A stretch of 64,000 nucleotides of DNA from assembly GCA_965214935.1 (NCBI GenBank), contig CBDCCS010000002.1, forward strand, positions 1 through 64,000, in the 5' to 3' direction. This document shows, piece by piece, positions 1-10,727 of the stretch (position 1 is its first letter; the number at the start of each line of letters is the position of its first letter). The notes under the pieces are model-generated. The model did not search any database, was not told the origin of the DNA, and worked only from the letters and a program-made list of their open reading frames with translations. The stretch is from Candidatus Velthaea sp. (GTDB taxonomy: Bacteria > Vulcanimicrobiota > Vulcanimicrobiia > Vulcanimicrobiales > Vulcanimicrobiaceae). A program made the position numbers and the translations under genes.

Positions 1-617
1 GTTTTGACCGAAAGGCTGACGGTGATCAACCCGTTTTTCGGCCCGGGGACCGGTCCGCGAACGAACAGCAGATTGCGCTCCGTATCGGTGCGCACGACCT
101 CGAGATTTTGATGCGTGATCCGGTCGACGCCGTAGTGACCCGGGCGACGCGAGCCGCGCGGCGTATGCCCGGCATTGGTATCGCCGTTCGAACCCGGCTG
201 ACGATGGATCATCTGGCCGTGACTTGCACTGCCGCCGCTGAAATTATGCCGCTTGATACCGCCCGAAAAGCCGTGACCTTTCGAGACGCCGACGACATCC
301 ACGCGATCGCCTTGACTGAAACTGTCGACGGTCACCGTCGTGCCGATATCGATCCCGTCGATGCCGGTCCGAAACTCACGCACGTTGCGCTTCGGATCAA
401 GGTTGGCACGCTTATAATGACCCGCCATCGCGCGAGTTGCGCGCGACTTCTTCATATCGCCGAAGCCCAAAGCAACGGCTTCGTAACCGTCAGTCGCTAG
501 GGTTTTTCGCTGCACGACGGGGCACGGACCGGCTTCAATGACCGTCACCGGTACATAGCGGCCGTCCGCTGTAAAAACGCTCGTCATCCCAACCTTGCGG
601 CCGATGATTGATTTCAT
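1..617 (-). CDS. rplC: 50S ribosomal protein L3 (3' end runs off the window)
   Basis: Not in the ORF track. My translation from ATG 617 gives MKSIIGRKVGMTSVFTADGRYVPVTVIEAGPCPVVQ...SKGHGFSGGIKRHNF...PGHYG...VRGPVPGPKNG, which are typical L3 motifs. Confidence 0.97.
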   Translation of the reverse strand, partial: MKSIIGRKVGMTSVFTADGRYVPVTVIEAGPCPVVQRKTLATDGYEAVALGFGDMKKSRATRAMAGHYKRANLDPKRNVREFRTGIDGIDIGTTVTVDSFSQGDRVDVVGVSKGHGFSGGIKRHNFSGGSASHGQMIHRQPGSNGDTNAGHTPRGSRRPGHYGVDRITHQNLEVVRTDTERNLLFVRGPVPGPKNGLITVSLSVK

Positions 618-747
618 CTCGAAGGTTCCTATCGCGTCCGGCGATTTTTAGCCGTCGAACACTCAGCAAGCCACGGGCCCTGGCGTTTCTTTCAACGCAC
701 GTATCAGGACGCAATTTTCACGTCCGGACGAGGACCACAACCGCTAG

Positions 748-776
748 AGAATACCAAGGGTCGGCCAAGATGTCAA
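748..776 (-). promoter_or_regulatory. sigma70-type promoter for rplC
   Basis: Minus strand reads TTGACA (776-771), 17 bp spacer, TATTCT (753-748), with a TG extended -10 element. Confidence 0.8.
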
Positions 777-829
777 ACGCCGGTCGAGCGTAATCTCCAC
801 GGGACCAGGCGCATGAAATTGTTTGCTGA

Positions 830-1756
830 CTAGGCTTGGTGCAGCGCCCGTTCGGCTCGCGTTGAAGGCAGCGGAGCTGCAGGCGCACCGGCCGAGCGAC
901 GCGCGGACGGCTCGCCGGCAACCGGTGCGATGTCGAGTGCTACGTCGAGGCTAGCGCTGCTGTGGGTAACGGCTCCGACCGAGATCAGATCGACGCCGCT
1001 GCGGGCAATGGCGGCGACGCTCGTTTCATCCACGCCGCCGGACGCCTCAAGTAACGCTCGTCCGGCGACCCGGCGGACGCCTTCGGCGAGCGCTTCGAGG
1101 CTAAAGTTGTCGAGCAGGATGATGCGTGCGCCGGCAGCCAGCGCTTCATCGAGCTGGTCGAGCGTATCGACTTCGACCTCGATCGTAACAAGATGACCGG
1201 CAGCGGCGCGGGCTGCAATGAATGCCGCCGTGACGCTGCCGGCAACGGCGACATGATTGTCTTTGATGAGAATCGCATCGTCGAGACCAAAGCGGTGATT
1301 GCGGCCTCCACCGTGCCGCACAGCCGCTTTTTCAAGCGCACGCATGCCGGGCGTCGTTTTACGCGTGTCGACGATTGCAGCGGACGTTCCCGCAACGAGG
1401 TCCACGTACCGGCTTGTCGCCGTCGCGACTCCGCTTAGCCGGCCCAAAACATTGAGCGCCGTCCGCTCTGCGGTCAAAATCGTCCGCAGCGAACCGCGAA
1501 TCGTTGCAAGAACCGTACCGGCAGTCACTCCATCGCCGTCGGCAGCGAATATGTCGACGGCGATCTCCGGGTCCAAGAGTGTAAACGTACGAACGGCGGC
1601 CATAAGCCCGGATATCCGACCCCCTTCTCGTGCTACGAGCGTCGCCGAACCGATCCGCTGCGCTCCAACGATCGCATTGGTCGTCAGGTCTCCGGCCCGC
1701 CCGAGATCTTCACGCAGTGCAGCGCGTAAAAAGTCATCGAGCGCGAAGTCGATCAC
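830..1756 (-). CDS. nadC: Quinolinate phosphoribosyltransferase (nicotinate-nucleotide pyrophosphorylase)
   Basis: Motifs EDLG..GDLTT, ERTALN, DTRKTTPG, NHRFGL.DAILIKDNH, EVEVD, LLDN, EASGG; in an operon with nadA and nadB. Confidence 0.97.
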   Translation of the reverse strand: MIDFALDDFLRAALREDLGRAGDLTTNAIVGAQRIGSATLVAREGGRISGLMAAVRTFTLLDPEIAVDIFAADGDGVTAGTVLATIRGSLRTILTAERTALNVLGRLSGVATATSRYVDLVAGTSAAIVDTRKTTPGMRALEKAAVRHGGGRNHRFGLDDAILIKDNHVAVAGSVTAAFIAARAAAGHLVTIEVEVDTLDQLDEALAAGARIILLDNFSLEALAEGVRRVAGRALLEASGGVDETSVAAIARSGVDLISVGAVTHSSASLDVALDIAPVAGEPSARRSAGAPAAPLPSTRAERALHQA

Positions 1757-3261
1757 GAGCTGCGAGCGACTGTTTGCAGCGGGGCAACGTAGGAACGAAG
1801 GGCGAGGCGTGCGTCGGTGTGGCTAAAGTCGCGCCGAAAGTGCGTTCCCCGGCTCTCGCGCCGCATCAACGCGGCCCGAGCGACGGCTCCGCTGAGGTCG
1901 ACGGCATCGCGCACGCGAGGGTCGGAATATTCCGCCGAAGCAGCAAACGCCGCACAATAATCGACCGCGCGCTCGAGACCGCGAACGTCGCGTACGACAC
2001 CGACGCACGCCGTCATCAATGTGCGTAACGGCAACAACGTCGCACGGATATCATCGACGCGGCCGAACGCCGGCACCGCTTCGCGCGTGACCGGCCGCGG
2101 CCGGACAACGGCGGGGCGACCGTTGATATCATTCGCGGCTCGCGCGCCGAAGATGAGCGCCTCCATGAGTGAATTGCTTGCTAAGCGGTTCGCGCCGTGC
2201 AAACCGGTCGCCGCAACTTCACCGCATGCCCACAACCCGGCAAGGTCGGTACGCCCGCCTGAATCCGTCGCAATTCCGCCGATCGTATAATGCGCAGCCG
2301 GGGTGACCGGAATCGGTTCGCGCGCCGGATCGATACCGACGCTTGCGCAACGTTCAAAAATCGTCGGGAAGCGCACCGAAAACCGGTCTCCGATCGCCTG
2401 GCGCGCATCGAGGAAGGCGCCTTCGCCGCTCTGCTCGAGCGCGAAGATCGCCCGCGAAACAATGTCGCGCGGCGCTAGTTCGTCGATAAAGCGATTTCCG
2501 GCCCGATCGACCAGAACGGCGCCTTCACCGCGAACCGCCTCACTGATTAACGGCATTGGATCGCTTCCGCCGGCCAGAGCGGTCGGATGGAATTGCACGA
2601 ACTCAAGATCGGCGAGCGTTGCGCCGGCTCGCCCGGCCATTGCAACGCCCGCACCGAGCGTGGCCGGCGGCGTCGTCGTCTTGGCGAACAAGCCGCCGTA
2701 GCCGCCGCTCGCAAGCACGACGGCGGGCGCCGTTATTCGGACGACGGTTCCGGCGCGATCGAGAAAAAGGGCGCCGCTCACATGCCCGTCGTCGCGCAGT
2801 AAATCTACGGCGCACAACCCGGTAACGAGCGTCACATTAAGACGCTTCGCAAGCATATCGAGCAGACTGCGTACGATCGTCGCGCCGGTGTGATCGGCAG
2901 CGTGCACGATGCGCCGGCGAGAATGTGCAGCTTCAAGCCCAAGTGCAAGCGTTCCGTCGGCTCGCCGGTCGAAGGGTACGCCCAGGCGTTCGAGCAAAGC
3001 GATCGCCGCCGGCGCTTCACGCGTGAGGTCCCGGACGATTCGTGGATCGGCAATACCGGCGGCGGCTGCAAGCGTATCGGCGGCATGGAGCGCCGGCGTG
3101 TCGTCGGCACCAAGCGCTGCCGCTAAACCACCTTGCGCCCACGCCGAGGCAACATCGGTCGCCGGCTCCGTATCGTTGACGACCGTGACCGAACCTTCGC
3201 ATTGCAGCGCGCAAGCAAGTCCGGCTAAACCGCCACCGATGATGAGGACGTCGGTCTGCAT
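1753..3261 (-). CDS. nadB: L-aspartate oxidase
   Basis: GGGLAG FAD motif, SAWAQGG, EAAHSRRRIVHA, LEFVQFHPT, SEAVRGEG, HYTIGG, GLHGANRLASNSL, ESRGTH. Confidence 0.95.
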   Translation of the reverse strand: MQTDVLIIGGGLAGLACALQCEGSVTVVNDTEPATDVASAWAQGGLAAALGADDTPALHAADTLAAAAGIADPRIVRDLTREAPAAIALLERLGVPFDRRADGTLALGLEAAHSRRRIVHAADHTGATIVRSLLDMLAKRLNVTLVTGLCAVDLLRDDGHVSGALFLDRAGTVVRITAPAVVLASGGYGGLFAKTTTPPATLGAGVAMAGRAGATLADLEFVQFHPTALAGGSDPMPLISEAVRGEGAVLVDRAGNRFIDELAPRDIVSRAIFALEQSGEGAFLDARQAIGDRFSVRFPTIFERCASVGIDPAREPIPVTPAAHYTIGGIATDSGGRTDLAGLWACGEVAATGLHGANRLASNSLMEALIFGARAANDINGRPAVVRPRPVTREAVPAFGRVDDIRATLLPLRTLMTACVGVVRDVRGLERAVDYCAAFAASAEYSDPRVRDAVDLSGAVARAALMRRESRGTHFRRDFSHTDARLALRSYVAPLQTVARSS

Positions 3262-4316
3262 TAGCTCGCGAACACCTGTGTGCCACGGGCAGCCGCGGCA
3301 GCCGTTACGGCCGGCGCGGCGGCCACTTCCATCATTCGCTCGAGCGCGATGCGCGCTCGCGCCGCAACGAACGAATCGACCTCGATCTCATCGGTCATTG
3401 TCTGTAACGCGCGCAGAACTTTGGGCAGCGTGTTTCGCCGCATGTGCGGGCAGAGATTGCACGGCCGCACGAACTCGACGTTCGGGAATTCGGCTGCGAC
3501 GTTATCGCTCATCGAGCATTCGGTAAGTAACATAACGCGTTGCGCCGGATGATCGCGTACGTAATCGATCATGCCGGCGGTCGAGCCGGCAAAATCGGCC
3601 GCGCCGATCACATCGGGCGGACATTCCGGGTGCGCCAAGATGACGATGCCGTCATCATCTTCACGCAGGCGTGCGATGTCGATCGCACGGAAGCGCTCGT
3701 GAACCTCGCAATGCCCTTTCCACGACAAGATTTCCACGCTGGTGTTGGCCGCTACATACGCGGCGAGATATTCGTCCGGAATCATGAGAACACGCGGAAC
3801 ACCGAGCGATTCGACGATCCGTACGGCGTTGGATGAAGTGCAGCAAATGTCGGATTCCGCCTTGACTTCGGCGCTAGTGTTCACGTACGTGACAATCGGA
3901 ACACCGGGGTACGTAACGCGCAGCGCTCGCACGTCCGCACCGGTGATCGATTCGGCGAGCGAACAGCCGGCAGCTTTGTCGGGGACGATGACGCGCCGGC
4001 CGGGATTAAGAATCTTCGCCGTTTCACCCATAAAATGCACGCCGCAAACAACGATTGTCTCAGCTTCGACGCGTTGCGCTTCGCGAGCGAGTTGCAGCGA
4101 GTCACCAACGATATCGGCGACACCCCAAAAAATTTCGGGCACCTGATAGTTGTGCGCTAAGATGACGGCGTTCTTTTCCCGTTTGAGCGCATTGATCGCA
4201 TCGATGAACGGTGCGTGAAGCGGCCATTCGGCCGCCGGCATGACGCGAGCCATACGATCGTAGATCGGCCGAGTCCGGTCGGCAACGCCGGTGGTAAAAG
4301 GAAGCAGATCGATCAT
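3261..4316 (-). CDS. nadA: Quinolinate synthase
   Basis: [45 protein letters not shown] Fe-S motifs; its stop overlaps the nadB start (TAATG). Confidence 0.97.
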   Translation of the reverse strand: MIDLLPFTTGVADRTRPIYDRMARVMPAAEWPLHAPFIDAINALKREKNAVILAHNYQVPEIFWGVADIVGDSLQLAREAQRVEAETIVVCGVHFMGETAKILNPGRRVIVPDKAAGCSLAESITGADVRALRVTYPGVPIVTYVNTSAEVKAESDICCTSSNAVRIVESLGVPRVLMIPDEYLAAYVAANTSVEILSWKGHCEVHERFRAIDIARLREDDDGIVILAHPECPPDVIGAADFAGSTAGMIDYVRDHPAQRVMLLTECSMSDNVAAEFPNVEFVRPCNLCPHMRRNTLPKVLRALQTMTDEIEVDSFVAARARIALERMMEVAAAPAVTAAAAARGTQVFAS

Positions 4317-4350
4317 GCGCACATCCGGTAGCGAGAAGAGGTTCTCCCAC

Positions 4351-4371
4351 TTATACTACTTTTGAGCATAA
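4351..4371. promoter_or_regulatory. NadQ-type operator upstream of nadA
   Basis: TTATACTACTTTTGAGCATAA is an imperfect 21-bp palindrome matching 19 of 21 positions of the NadQ consensus as I recall it (ttATrCTCannntGAGyATAa). It lies between the regulator and nadA. Confidence 0.8.
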
Positions 4372-4385
4372 ATGGTTTCCTGTTG

Positions 4386-5327
4386 TTATCGGACGCTACT
4401 TGCGCTTCCTACACCGGGGTCCGGGCGTTCGGCAATAACCTCGGGTCGAAAGCGAAACATCTCCGCCGGCCGGCCGGGTGTCGCCCGTCGGGCGCCGGTT
4501 CCAATGACGAGTCCGCCTTCTTCGACGAAGCGCCGAAAATTTGACTTATGTAAGCGCGTTCCGGCAAGCGCTTCGACCGTGCGCTGCAATTCCCACAGCG
4601 TAAATGATTCCGGTAACAGCTCGAAGACAACCGGGCGGTACTTGATCTTTGCCCGCACACGGCCGATCGCCGTAGCAAGAATGCGGCGGTGATCGAGCGC
4701 CATGGCGCCCGGAAGTTCGCGCAACGCACCGCCGATCGAATCGGCGCTACCGGTCTCATAAAGTATCTCGTAGCGTTCGAGAACCGCTTCGTCGTTCCAC
4801 GGAGCACCGTCGAGCCCGAATGCGACGGTTGCACGCAGCCCCCGTTCGGCGCTGCGCTTACCGGCAGCAATCCACGGATGAACGCGTTGTGCAACGAGTT
4901 CGTCCAGAATGCGAGGCCGCCCATTACGCGCATCTTCCCATGGAAAGAAGTCGTACCAGTTAAACCATTTGACGTTCGGCAGCGGACTCAAGCCCGGACT
5001 TCCGACGAGACCAAGGTAGCCGACGGTGACGTAGCGTGGGCCTCCGTGGGTTTCGCGCGGGTCGCGAAACCGATCGCCGAAGGTATACAATTGCTCGAGG
5101 TAACCGACGTTCAAGCCGACTTGTTCGTCGATCGATCGACGCGCGGCAAGTTCGAGCGTACGGTCGCGTCCCGGGTCGAATGAGCCGGCCGGAAGCCGCG
5201 GAAGATCGCCGTCGATAACCGTCAGAACCAGCGGGCGCTCGTCGACAACCGAAACGATGACGGGATCTAGACCAAGCGCGATCTCGCCGACCATAATCGA
5301 CGGATTCGCCGCTCTACGACCGCTCAC
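4386..5327 (-). CDS. nadQ: NadQ/NrtR-family Nudix-wHTH regulator of NAD synthesis
   Basis: GYLEQLYTFGD, WYDFFPWED, LERYEILYE, DHRRILATAIGRVRAKIKYRPVVFELLP..FTL.ELQ..VE...G..LHKSNFRR; directly upstream of nadABC. Confidence 0.88.
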   Translation of the reverse strand: MSGRRAANPSIMVGEIALGLDPVIVSVVDERPLVLTVIDGDLPRLPAGSFDPGRDRTLELAARRSIDEQVGLNVGYLEQLYTFGDRFRDPRETHGGPRYVTVGYLGLVGSPGLSPLPNVKWFNWYDFFPWEDARNGRPRILDELVAQRVHPWIAAGKRSAERGLRATVAFGLDGAPWNDEAVLERYEILYETGSADSIGGALRELPGAMALDHRRILATAIGRVRAKIKYRPVVFELLPESFTLWELQRTVEALAGTRLHKSNFRRFVEEGGLVIGTGARRATPGRPAEMFRFRPEVIAERPDPGVGSASSVR

Positions 5328-5377
5328 ATCGCTAACGACCGGCTGCCGATCCTTTCGAGCATGCTCGTGTACGCGGG

Positions 5378-5809
5378 CTAGCGTTTGAGAACGCGGGTCA
5401 GCTTATCGAATAATCCGTCGATTGCGCGTTCGTGCGCGTCTTGCAAACGCTTCCAAAACATGCGGCCTTCATCTGAAAGTTCGGCGCTTAAACGATGCGT
5501 TACAACGGTCTTTTTGCCGTCTTTCCGTAAGAAAAATCCGTGCGTCCCATTGACGCCGTCGTTGTCGATTTGCCAAACGATACGTTCTTCGGCAACCACG
5601 TCGGCGAGGATCGCATGCACGCCGAGATGCCATTCTTCGGTCGTGCCGACAATCAGCGGTCCGGAAGAACGCATGAACGGCTGAGCGGCAAAGGGCCAAA
5701 TTGCGTCGCTGGATGTTCCCATCTCTGCGAGCAACTGATAGATCCGTCGCGTCGTACCGTTGAACGTGCGCGAATACTCGACATCAACGGGTATCGGCAT
5801 GGTCGTCAT
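5378..5809 (-). CDS. Small SRPBCC/START-like hypothetical protein
   Basis: About 143 aa with an alternating beta-strand pattern and a C-terminal amphipathic helix (FWKRLQDAHERAIDGLFDKL). Start codon uncertain. Confidence 0.55.
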   Translation of the reverse strand: MTTMPIPVDVEYSRTFNGTTRRIYQLLAEMGTSSDAIWPFAAQPFMRSSGPLIVGTTEEWHLGVHAILADVVAEERIVWQIDNDGVNGTHGFFLRKDGKKTVVTHRLSAELSDEGRMFWKRLQDAHERAIDGLFDKLTRVLKR

Positions 5810-5919
5810 TTCGTCGATTGAGCATAGACGACGGTTCGTCAATCCGAGCGAGGTCGACCTTCGCTTGAATGCTCAGGGCGCGTGCAGCGCATCGGCACCG
5901 CGATCTAGGAAACCCGTGA

Positions 5920-6642
5920 CTATGTTTTTACTTCGCGCGCTTTAAGCTCAAAAATTACGTTGAAGATATCTGCGCGTAACCACGTTGTCGTCAATGCTAA
6001 ACGGCGTTTACCTGCGAGCAACTGTGCCGTCAGCTCGAACACGAGCGGACGATCGTGCGACTCGAAATGTTCGGCCAAATCGGCGGGCGCGACGGAAAGC
6101 TGACAACGTAGTAGTCCGCGCTTGGGCTTGATGCCGCAGCGGCGGAGAGCAGCGTGTAAGGTACGATCATCGGCCAATTGCCGTTCCAAATCCGGCGCAA
6201 GTACGGCGTCAAACCAAGCCACCGAGTAGGCTGCAAGTTCATCGTCAACAAATCGACGGCGCGTTAACAAAACGACCTGCGCCTTCTTCGCCAGCTTCAA
6301 CTCCGTCCGCACGTCCGGCGGCGCTTGGCGCAATTTCAGCGTGACAATCTGCGTGCGCGGAACCGCACCGCTTTTGGCAACGGTACGCGTCCAGCTCGGA
6401 AGCCCCCGATCGTTCAACCGGTAGTCGATACGACGAGCGACGACCGTGCGACGCCCCTGTTGGCGGCGAACGAGATACCGGCGCTGCAGTTCCTCGAGCG
6501 CTGCACGCGCCGTTAGGCGATTGATTTCGTGGTCGCGCGCAAGCTCGTGCTCGGACGGCATCGGCTCACCGGCGGACAAAGCCAGTATCTTCGCCTCGAG
6601 CTTATCAGCGACCTGAAGATAGAACGGAACATCGCCGGCCAT
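5920..6642 (-). CDS. GntR (HutC/PhnF-type) regulator with UTRA domain
   Basis: N-terminal Y.QVA..L...I...MPSEHELA...INRLTARAAL..L helix-turn-helix; C-terminal UTRA-like segment (LTRRRFVD). Confidence 0.88.
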   Translation of the reverse strand: MAGDVPFYLQVADKLEAKILALSAGEPMPSEHELARDHEINRLTARAALEELQRRYLVRRQQGRRTVVARRIDYRLNDRGLPSWTRTVAKSGAVPRTQIVTLKLRQAPPDVRTELKLAKKAQVVLLTRRRFVDDELAAYSVAWFDAVLAPDLERQLADDRTLHAALRRCGIKPKRGLLRCQLSVAPADLAEHFESHDRPLVFELTAQLLAGKRRLALTTTWLRADIFNVIFELKAREVKT

Positions 6643-6701
6643 AGTGGCGAATTACGCCGTGATACGGGCTGACCTTTCAAATTCGACCGGGCAACAACGG
6701 A

Positions 6702-6904
6702 CGAACGCCGCACATCCATTACGCGATACAAGCACCTCAACACCCAACGGAGAAAAAGAAAAAGAAAAAGAACGTTTCAAAACGCTCTTTACCGGTTGAA
6801 CGCGCGACATTACGCTTGATCGCGGTCGCAAACATATTCGTCGATTGGGCGGGCGGCTTACCGCCTTGGTGCGACGGCAACGCTCGAGCGAACGCCGCAC
6901 ATCC
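6702..6904. repeat. 16-bp direct repeat pair flanking a (GAAAAA)3 tract
   Basis: CGAACGCCGCACATCC occurs at 6702-6717 and 6889-6904; GAAAAA x3 at 6752-6769. Confidence 0.75.
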
Positions 6905-6916
6905 GACATGGTCCGG

Positions 6917-7225
6917 TTACGCTTTAAGTTCGATATCCACGCCCGCCGGTAAGTCGAGATGCATCAAAGCATCCATCGTTTTCGGCGACGCCTGTAATAT
7001 GTCAATTAAACGTTTGTGCGTCCGCATCTCGAAATGCTCGCGGCTTTTTTTGTCGACATGTGGAGACCGAAGAACGCAGACGCGATTGATCTCGGTCGGA
7101 AGCGGGACAGGACCGCTAACGAACGCGCCGGTGCGCTTTGCGGTGTCGACAATGCGTTCGGCCGATTGATCGAGCACGCGGTGATCGTAGGCTTTGAGGC
7201 GGATGCGGATTTTCTGCTTGGCCAT
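6917..7225 (-). CDS. rpsJ: 30S ribosomal protein S10
   Basis: [18 protein letters not shown]...GPVPLPT...[24 protein letters not shown]. Confidence 0.99.
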   Translation of the reverse strand: MAKQKIRIRLKAYDHRVLDQSAERIVDTAKRTGAFVSGPVPLPTEINRVCVLRSPHVDKKSREHFEMRTHKRLIDILQASPKTMDALMHLDLPAGVDIELKA

Positions 7226-7343
7226 TATTCGGGTAGTCCTTTAAAGAGGTCGATCGGCGAACGTCCGGAGGCGGCGTAAACGACGTTGACAACTATCGCA
7301 CGACCGGCGACCTCGCTGCGCGGATCGCCGGGCAATGTTACGA

Positions 7344-8546
7344 TTACTCGGAGACGGCGGTGACGACGCCTGCGCCGACCGTTCGGCCGCCCTCACGAAT
7401 TGCAAAGCGCAATCCTTCTTCGCAGGCAATCGGCGTAATGAGTTCGACGTTCATCTGCACGTTATCACCGGGCATGACCATCTCGACACCTTCGGGCAAC
7501 GCGATCGTTCCGGTTACATCCGTCGTCCGGAAATAAAACTGCGGACGATAATTCCCGAAGAACGGCGTATGTCGGCCGCCTTCTTCTTTCGAGAGTACAT
7601 ACACTTCGGCTTTGAATTTCTTATGCGGCTTGATCGAACCCGGCTTCGCCAACACCTGACCGCGCTCGATGTCATTGCGTTCGATTCCGCGCAACAGCAC
7701 GCCGACGTTATCGCCTGCAATACCCTGATCGAGGAGTTTGCGGAACATTTCGATGCCCGTCACGGTCGATTTTCGAGCTTTCTCGGCAAGTCCGACGATC
7801 TCAATTTCCTCGCCGACTTTAATCTGTCCGCGTTCGATCCGGCCCGTACCGACCGTCCCGCGACCGGTAATGGTGAACACATCTTCGACCGGCATCAAGA
7901 ACGGCTTGTCGACCGCCCGTTCCGGCGTCGGAATATACGAATCAACAGCATCCATCAAAGCGAAGACCGGTGCGGCCGCCGGATCGTCACGTTTGCCCGA
8001 CGATTGCAACGCTTTAAGTCCGGATCCACGAATGATCGGAATGTCATCGCCCGGATATTCATAGCTCGATAAAAGTTCGCGAACTTCCATCTCGACGAGT
8101 TCGAGCAGTTCCTCATCGTCGACCATGTCGACCTTATTGAGGAAAACCACGATATACGGAACGCCGACTTGCTTCATGAGCAAGATGTGCTCGCGCGTTT
8201 GCGGCATCGGTCCATCGGTTGCGGAGACGACGAGGATTGCGCCGTCCATCTGGGCCGCGCCCGTAATCATGTTTTTAATGTAATCGGCGTGACCTGGGCA
8301 ATCGACATGCGCGTAGTGACGCTTCGCAGTCTCGTACTCCTGATGCGAGATCGCGATGGTAATACCGCGCTCCTTTTCCTCAGGCGCGTTATCGATATCA
8401 TCGACATTACGCTTGATGATATTGGAGTTCTCCGTCGAGAGGCAGTTGATGATCGCTGCGGTGAGCGTCGTTTTGCCGTGGTCAACGTGACCGGTCGTAC
8501 CGATGTTGACGTGGGGCTTGCTACGGTCGAATTTCGCTTTGGCCAT
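7344..8546 (-). CDS. tuf: Elongation factor Tu
   Basis: [39 protein letters not shown]. Confidence 0.99.
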   Translation of the reverse strand: MAKAKFDRSKPHVNIGTTGHVDHGKTTLTAAIINCLSTENSNIIKRNVDDIDNAPEEKERGITIAISHQEYETAKRHYAHVDCPGHADYIKNMITGAAQMDGAILVVSATDGPMPQTREHILLMKQVGVPYIVVFLNKVDMVDDEELLELVEMEVRELLSSYEYPGDDIPIIRGSGLKALQSSGKRDDPAAAPVFALMDAVDSYIPTPERAVDKPFLMPVEDVFTITGRGTVGTGRIERGQIKVGEEIEIVGLAEKARKSTVTGIEMFRKLLDQGIAGDNVGVLLRGIERNDIERGQVLAKPGSIKPHKKFKAEVYVLSKEEGGRHTPFFGNYRPQFYFRTTDVTGTIALPEGVEMVMPGDNVQMNVELITPIACEEGLRFAIREGGRTVGAGVVTAVSE

Positions 8547-8618
8547 GATTGTTGCTCGCTTACTTCCTTACATTCACCGGATTGGTACGTTTAAATGACG
8601 TGCTATGCGGGCGGTGCG

Positions 8619-10721
8619 CTAAGCCGCAGGCTTCTTGCCCGAGGCTTTCGCAATGATCTCATCTTCAACGGATTTCGGCGCCTTTTCGTAGTGCGAAAAC
8701 TCCATTGTATACGTCGCACGTCCCTGGGTTTTCGAACGCATGTCGGTTGCGTAACCAAACATTTCCGACAGCGGGACGTTCGCTTTGATCACCTGCGCAT
8801 TACCCGGCGCATCTTCGGCTCCCTGAATCATCCCGCGGCGGCTGTTGAGATCGCCGATGATTTCGCCGATGTAGTCCTTCGGCGTCGTCACTTCCACCGA
8901 CATGATCGGCTCTTTAATGATCGGACCGGCGGCACGGTTCGCTTCTTTGAATGCCATAGACCCGGCTATTTTAAACGCCATTTCCGAAGAATCGACGTCA
9001 TGATAACTGCCGTCGAGCAGCGTCGCCTTAAAATCTAAAACCGGATAGCCGGCGAGAACGCCGCTTTGCGACGCCTCGCGAATACCTTCGCCTACCGGCT
9101 TAACGAACTCTTTGGGAATCGAACCGCCGACGATTTTCGACTCGAAAACATAACCGGTACCCGGCTCACCCGGTTCGAGCCGAATGATGACATCGCCGTA
9201 CTGGCCCTTGCCGCCGGATTGCCGCACGAACTTGCCTTGCTTTTCAACCGACTTCGTTATTGCTTCTTTATAAGCGACTTGCGGTTTACCGACGTTCGCC
9301 TCAACTTTGAACTCGCGCTTGAGCCGGTCGAGAATAATCTCGAGATGAAGCTCGCCCATGCCGGCGATGATCGTCTGCTGCGTTTCTTCATCGGTGCGCA
9401 TACGGAACGTCGGATCTTCTTGCGCCAAGCGCGATAAAGCAGTTCCCAGCTTGTCCTGATCGCCCTTGGTCTTCGGCTCGATTGCCTGCGAAATCACCGG
9501 CTCCGGAAACACGATGTTCTCGAGAATGATGACGTTCTTCTCATCGCAAAGCGTGTCGCCGGTGCGGGTGTCGGTCAAGCCGACTGCAGCTGCAATGTCG
9601 CCCGCGCCGATCGAATCGATATCTTCGCGATGATTGGCATGCATGCGCAAGATCCGGCCAATCCGTTCCTTACGGCCGCTACGCGCGTTGTACACGTACG
9701 AACCTTTTTCAAGCACGCCGGAATAGACGCGAAAATACGTCAGGTTGCCATACGGATCGGTCGCGATTTTAAAAGCCAGCGCGGCAAACGGCTGTTTGTC
9801 GTCCGGCAAGCGCGTCAGCTTGTTCGCGTCGTCCTTCGGATCCGTCCCGACGATCGGTTTTGCATCGATCGGCGACGGCAGAAAATCAACAACGGCATCG
9901 AGCAGCGGCTGAACGCCCTTATTTTTAAACGCCGAACCGCATAGCATCGGCAGCACGTCACCGGCGATCGTCGCCTTACGCAAAGCTGTTTTAAGCCGGT
10001 CGATCGGGATATCTTTGCCGTCGAAAAAGAGCTCGAGCAGTTCGTCGTCTTGTTCGGCGATCGCTTCGATCAGCTCTTGACGCCATTTTTCCGCGATGCC
10101 GCGCAAATCGCCGTCGACATCGTCGTCCGAGGTCATTACCGAGCCGGCGTCGTCGGTGTAGACGATCTTCTTCATCGTGAAAAGATCGACGACGCCGAGA
10201 AATTCGCTTTCAGCGCCAATCGGGACCTGGATCGGTACGGCTTTCGCACCTAAACGTTCGCGTATCTTTGAAACGCAGTTGTAAAAGTCCGCACCCATGC
10301 GATCCATCTTATTGACGAAGATGATACGCGGCACTTTGTACTTGTTGGCCTGACGCCACACCGTTTCCGACTGCGGCTGAACCGCAGCGACGGAATCGAA
10401 CAGCGCGACAAGTCCGTCGAGAACACGCAGCGACCGCTCGACTTCAACCGTGAAGTCCACGTGGCCAGGCGTATCGATAATATTAATGCGCGTATCGCGC
10501 CACGTGCATGCCGTCGCAGCCGATGTAATCGTGATGCCGCGTTCCTGCTCTTGCACCATCCAGTCCATCGTCGCCGCGCCGTCGTGAACCTCACCGATCT
10601 TGTGCGTCCGGCCGGTATAAAACAGGATCCGCTCGGTAGCCGTCGTCTTGCCCGCATCGATGTGGGCGGCGATGCCGATGTTGCGTGTGTGCTCTAAAGG
10701 ATACTCACGAATGGAAGCCAT
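8619..10721 (-). CDS. fusA: Elongation factor G
   Basis: [43 protein letters not shown]. Confidence 0.99.
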   Translation of the reverse strand: MASIREYPLEHTRNIGIAAHIDAGKTTATERILFYTGRTHKIGEVHDGAATMDWMVQEQERGITITSAATACTWRDTRINIIDTPGHVDFTVEVERSLRVLDGLVALFDSVAAVQPQSETVWRQANKYKVPRIIFVNKMDRMGADFYNCVSKIRERLGAKAVPIQVPIGAESEFLGVVDLFTMKKIVYTDDAGSVMTSDDDVDGDLRGIAEKWRQELIEAIAEQDDELLELFFDGKDIPIDRLKTALRKATIAGDVLPMLCGSAFKNKGVQPLLDAVVDFLPSPIDAKPIVGTDPKDDANKLTRLPDDKQPFAALAFKIATDPYGNLTYFRVYSGVLEKGSYVYNARSGRKERIGRILRMHANHREDIDSIGAGDIAAAVGLTDTRTGDTLCDEKNVIILENIVFPEPVISQAIEPKTKGDQDKLGTALSRLAQEDPTFRMRTDEETQQTIIAGMGELHLEIILDRLKREFKVEANVGKPQVAYKEAITKSVEKQGKFVRQSGGKGQYGDVIIRLEPGEPGTGYVFESKIVGGSIPKEFVKPVGEGIREASQSGVLAGYPVLDFKATLLDGSYHDVDSSEMAFKIAGSMAFKEANRAAGPIIKEPIMSVEVTTPKDYIGEIIGDLNSRRGMIQGAEDAPGNAQVIKANVPLSEMFGYATDMRSKTQGRATYTMEFSHYEKAPKSVEDEIIAKASGKKPAA

Positions 10722-10727
10722 GAAAAA

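Noticed and set aside
108..500. 130-aa plus-strand ORF, and similar antisense ORFs over tuf, fusA, rpsG and rpsL
   Set aside because: These are shadows of highly conserved minus-strand genes. High GC produces many such ORFs throughout the window.
5920..6642. Calling the GntR regulator phnF
   Set aside because: No phosphonate genes are nearby, and family-level similarity does not identify the ligand.
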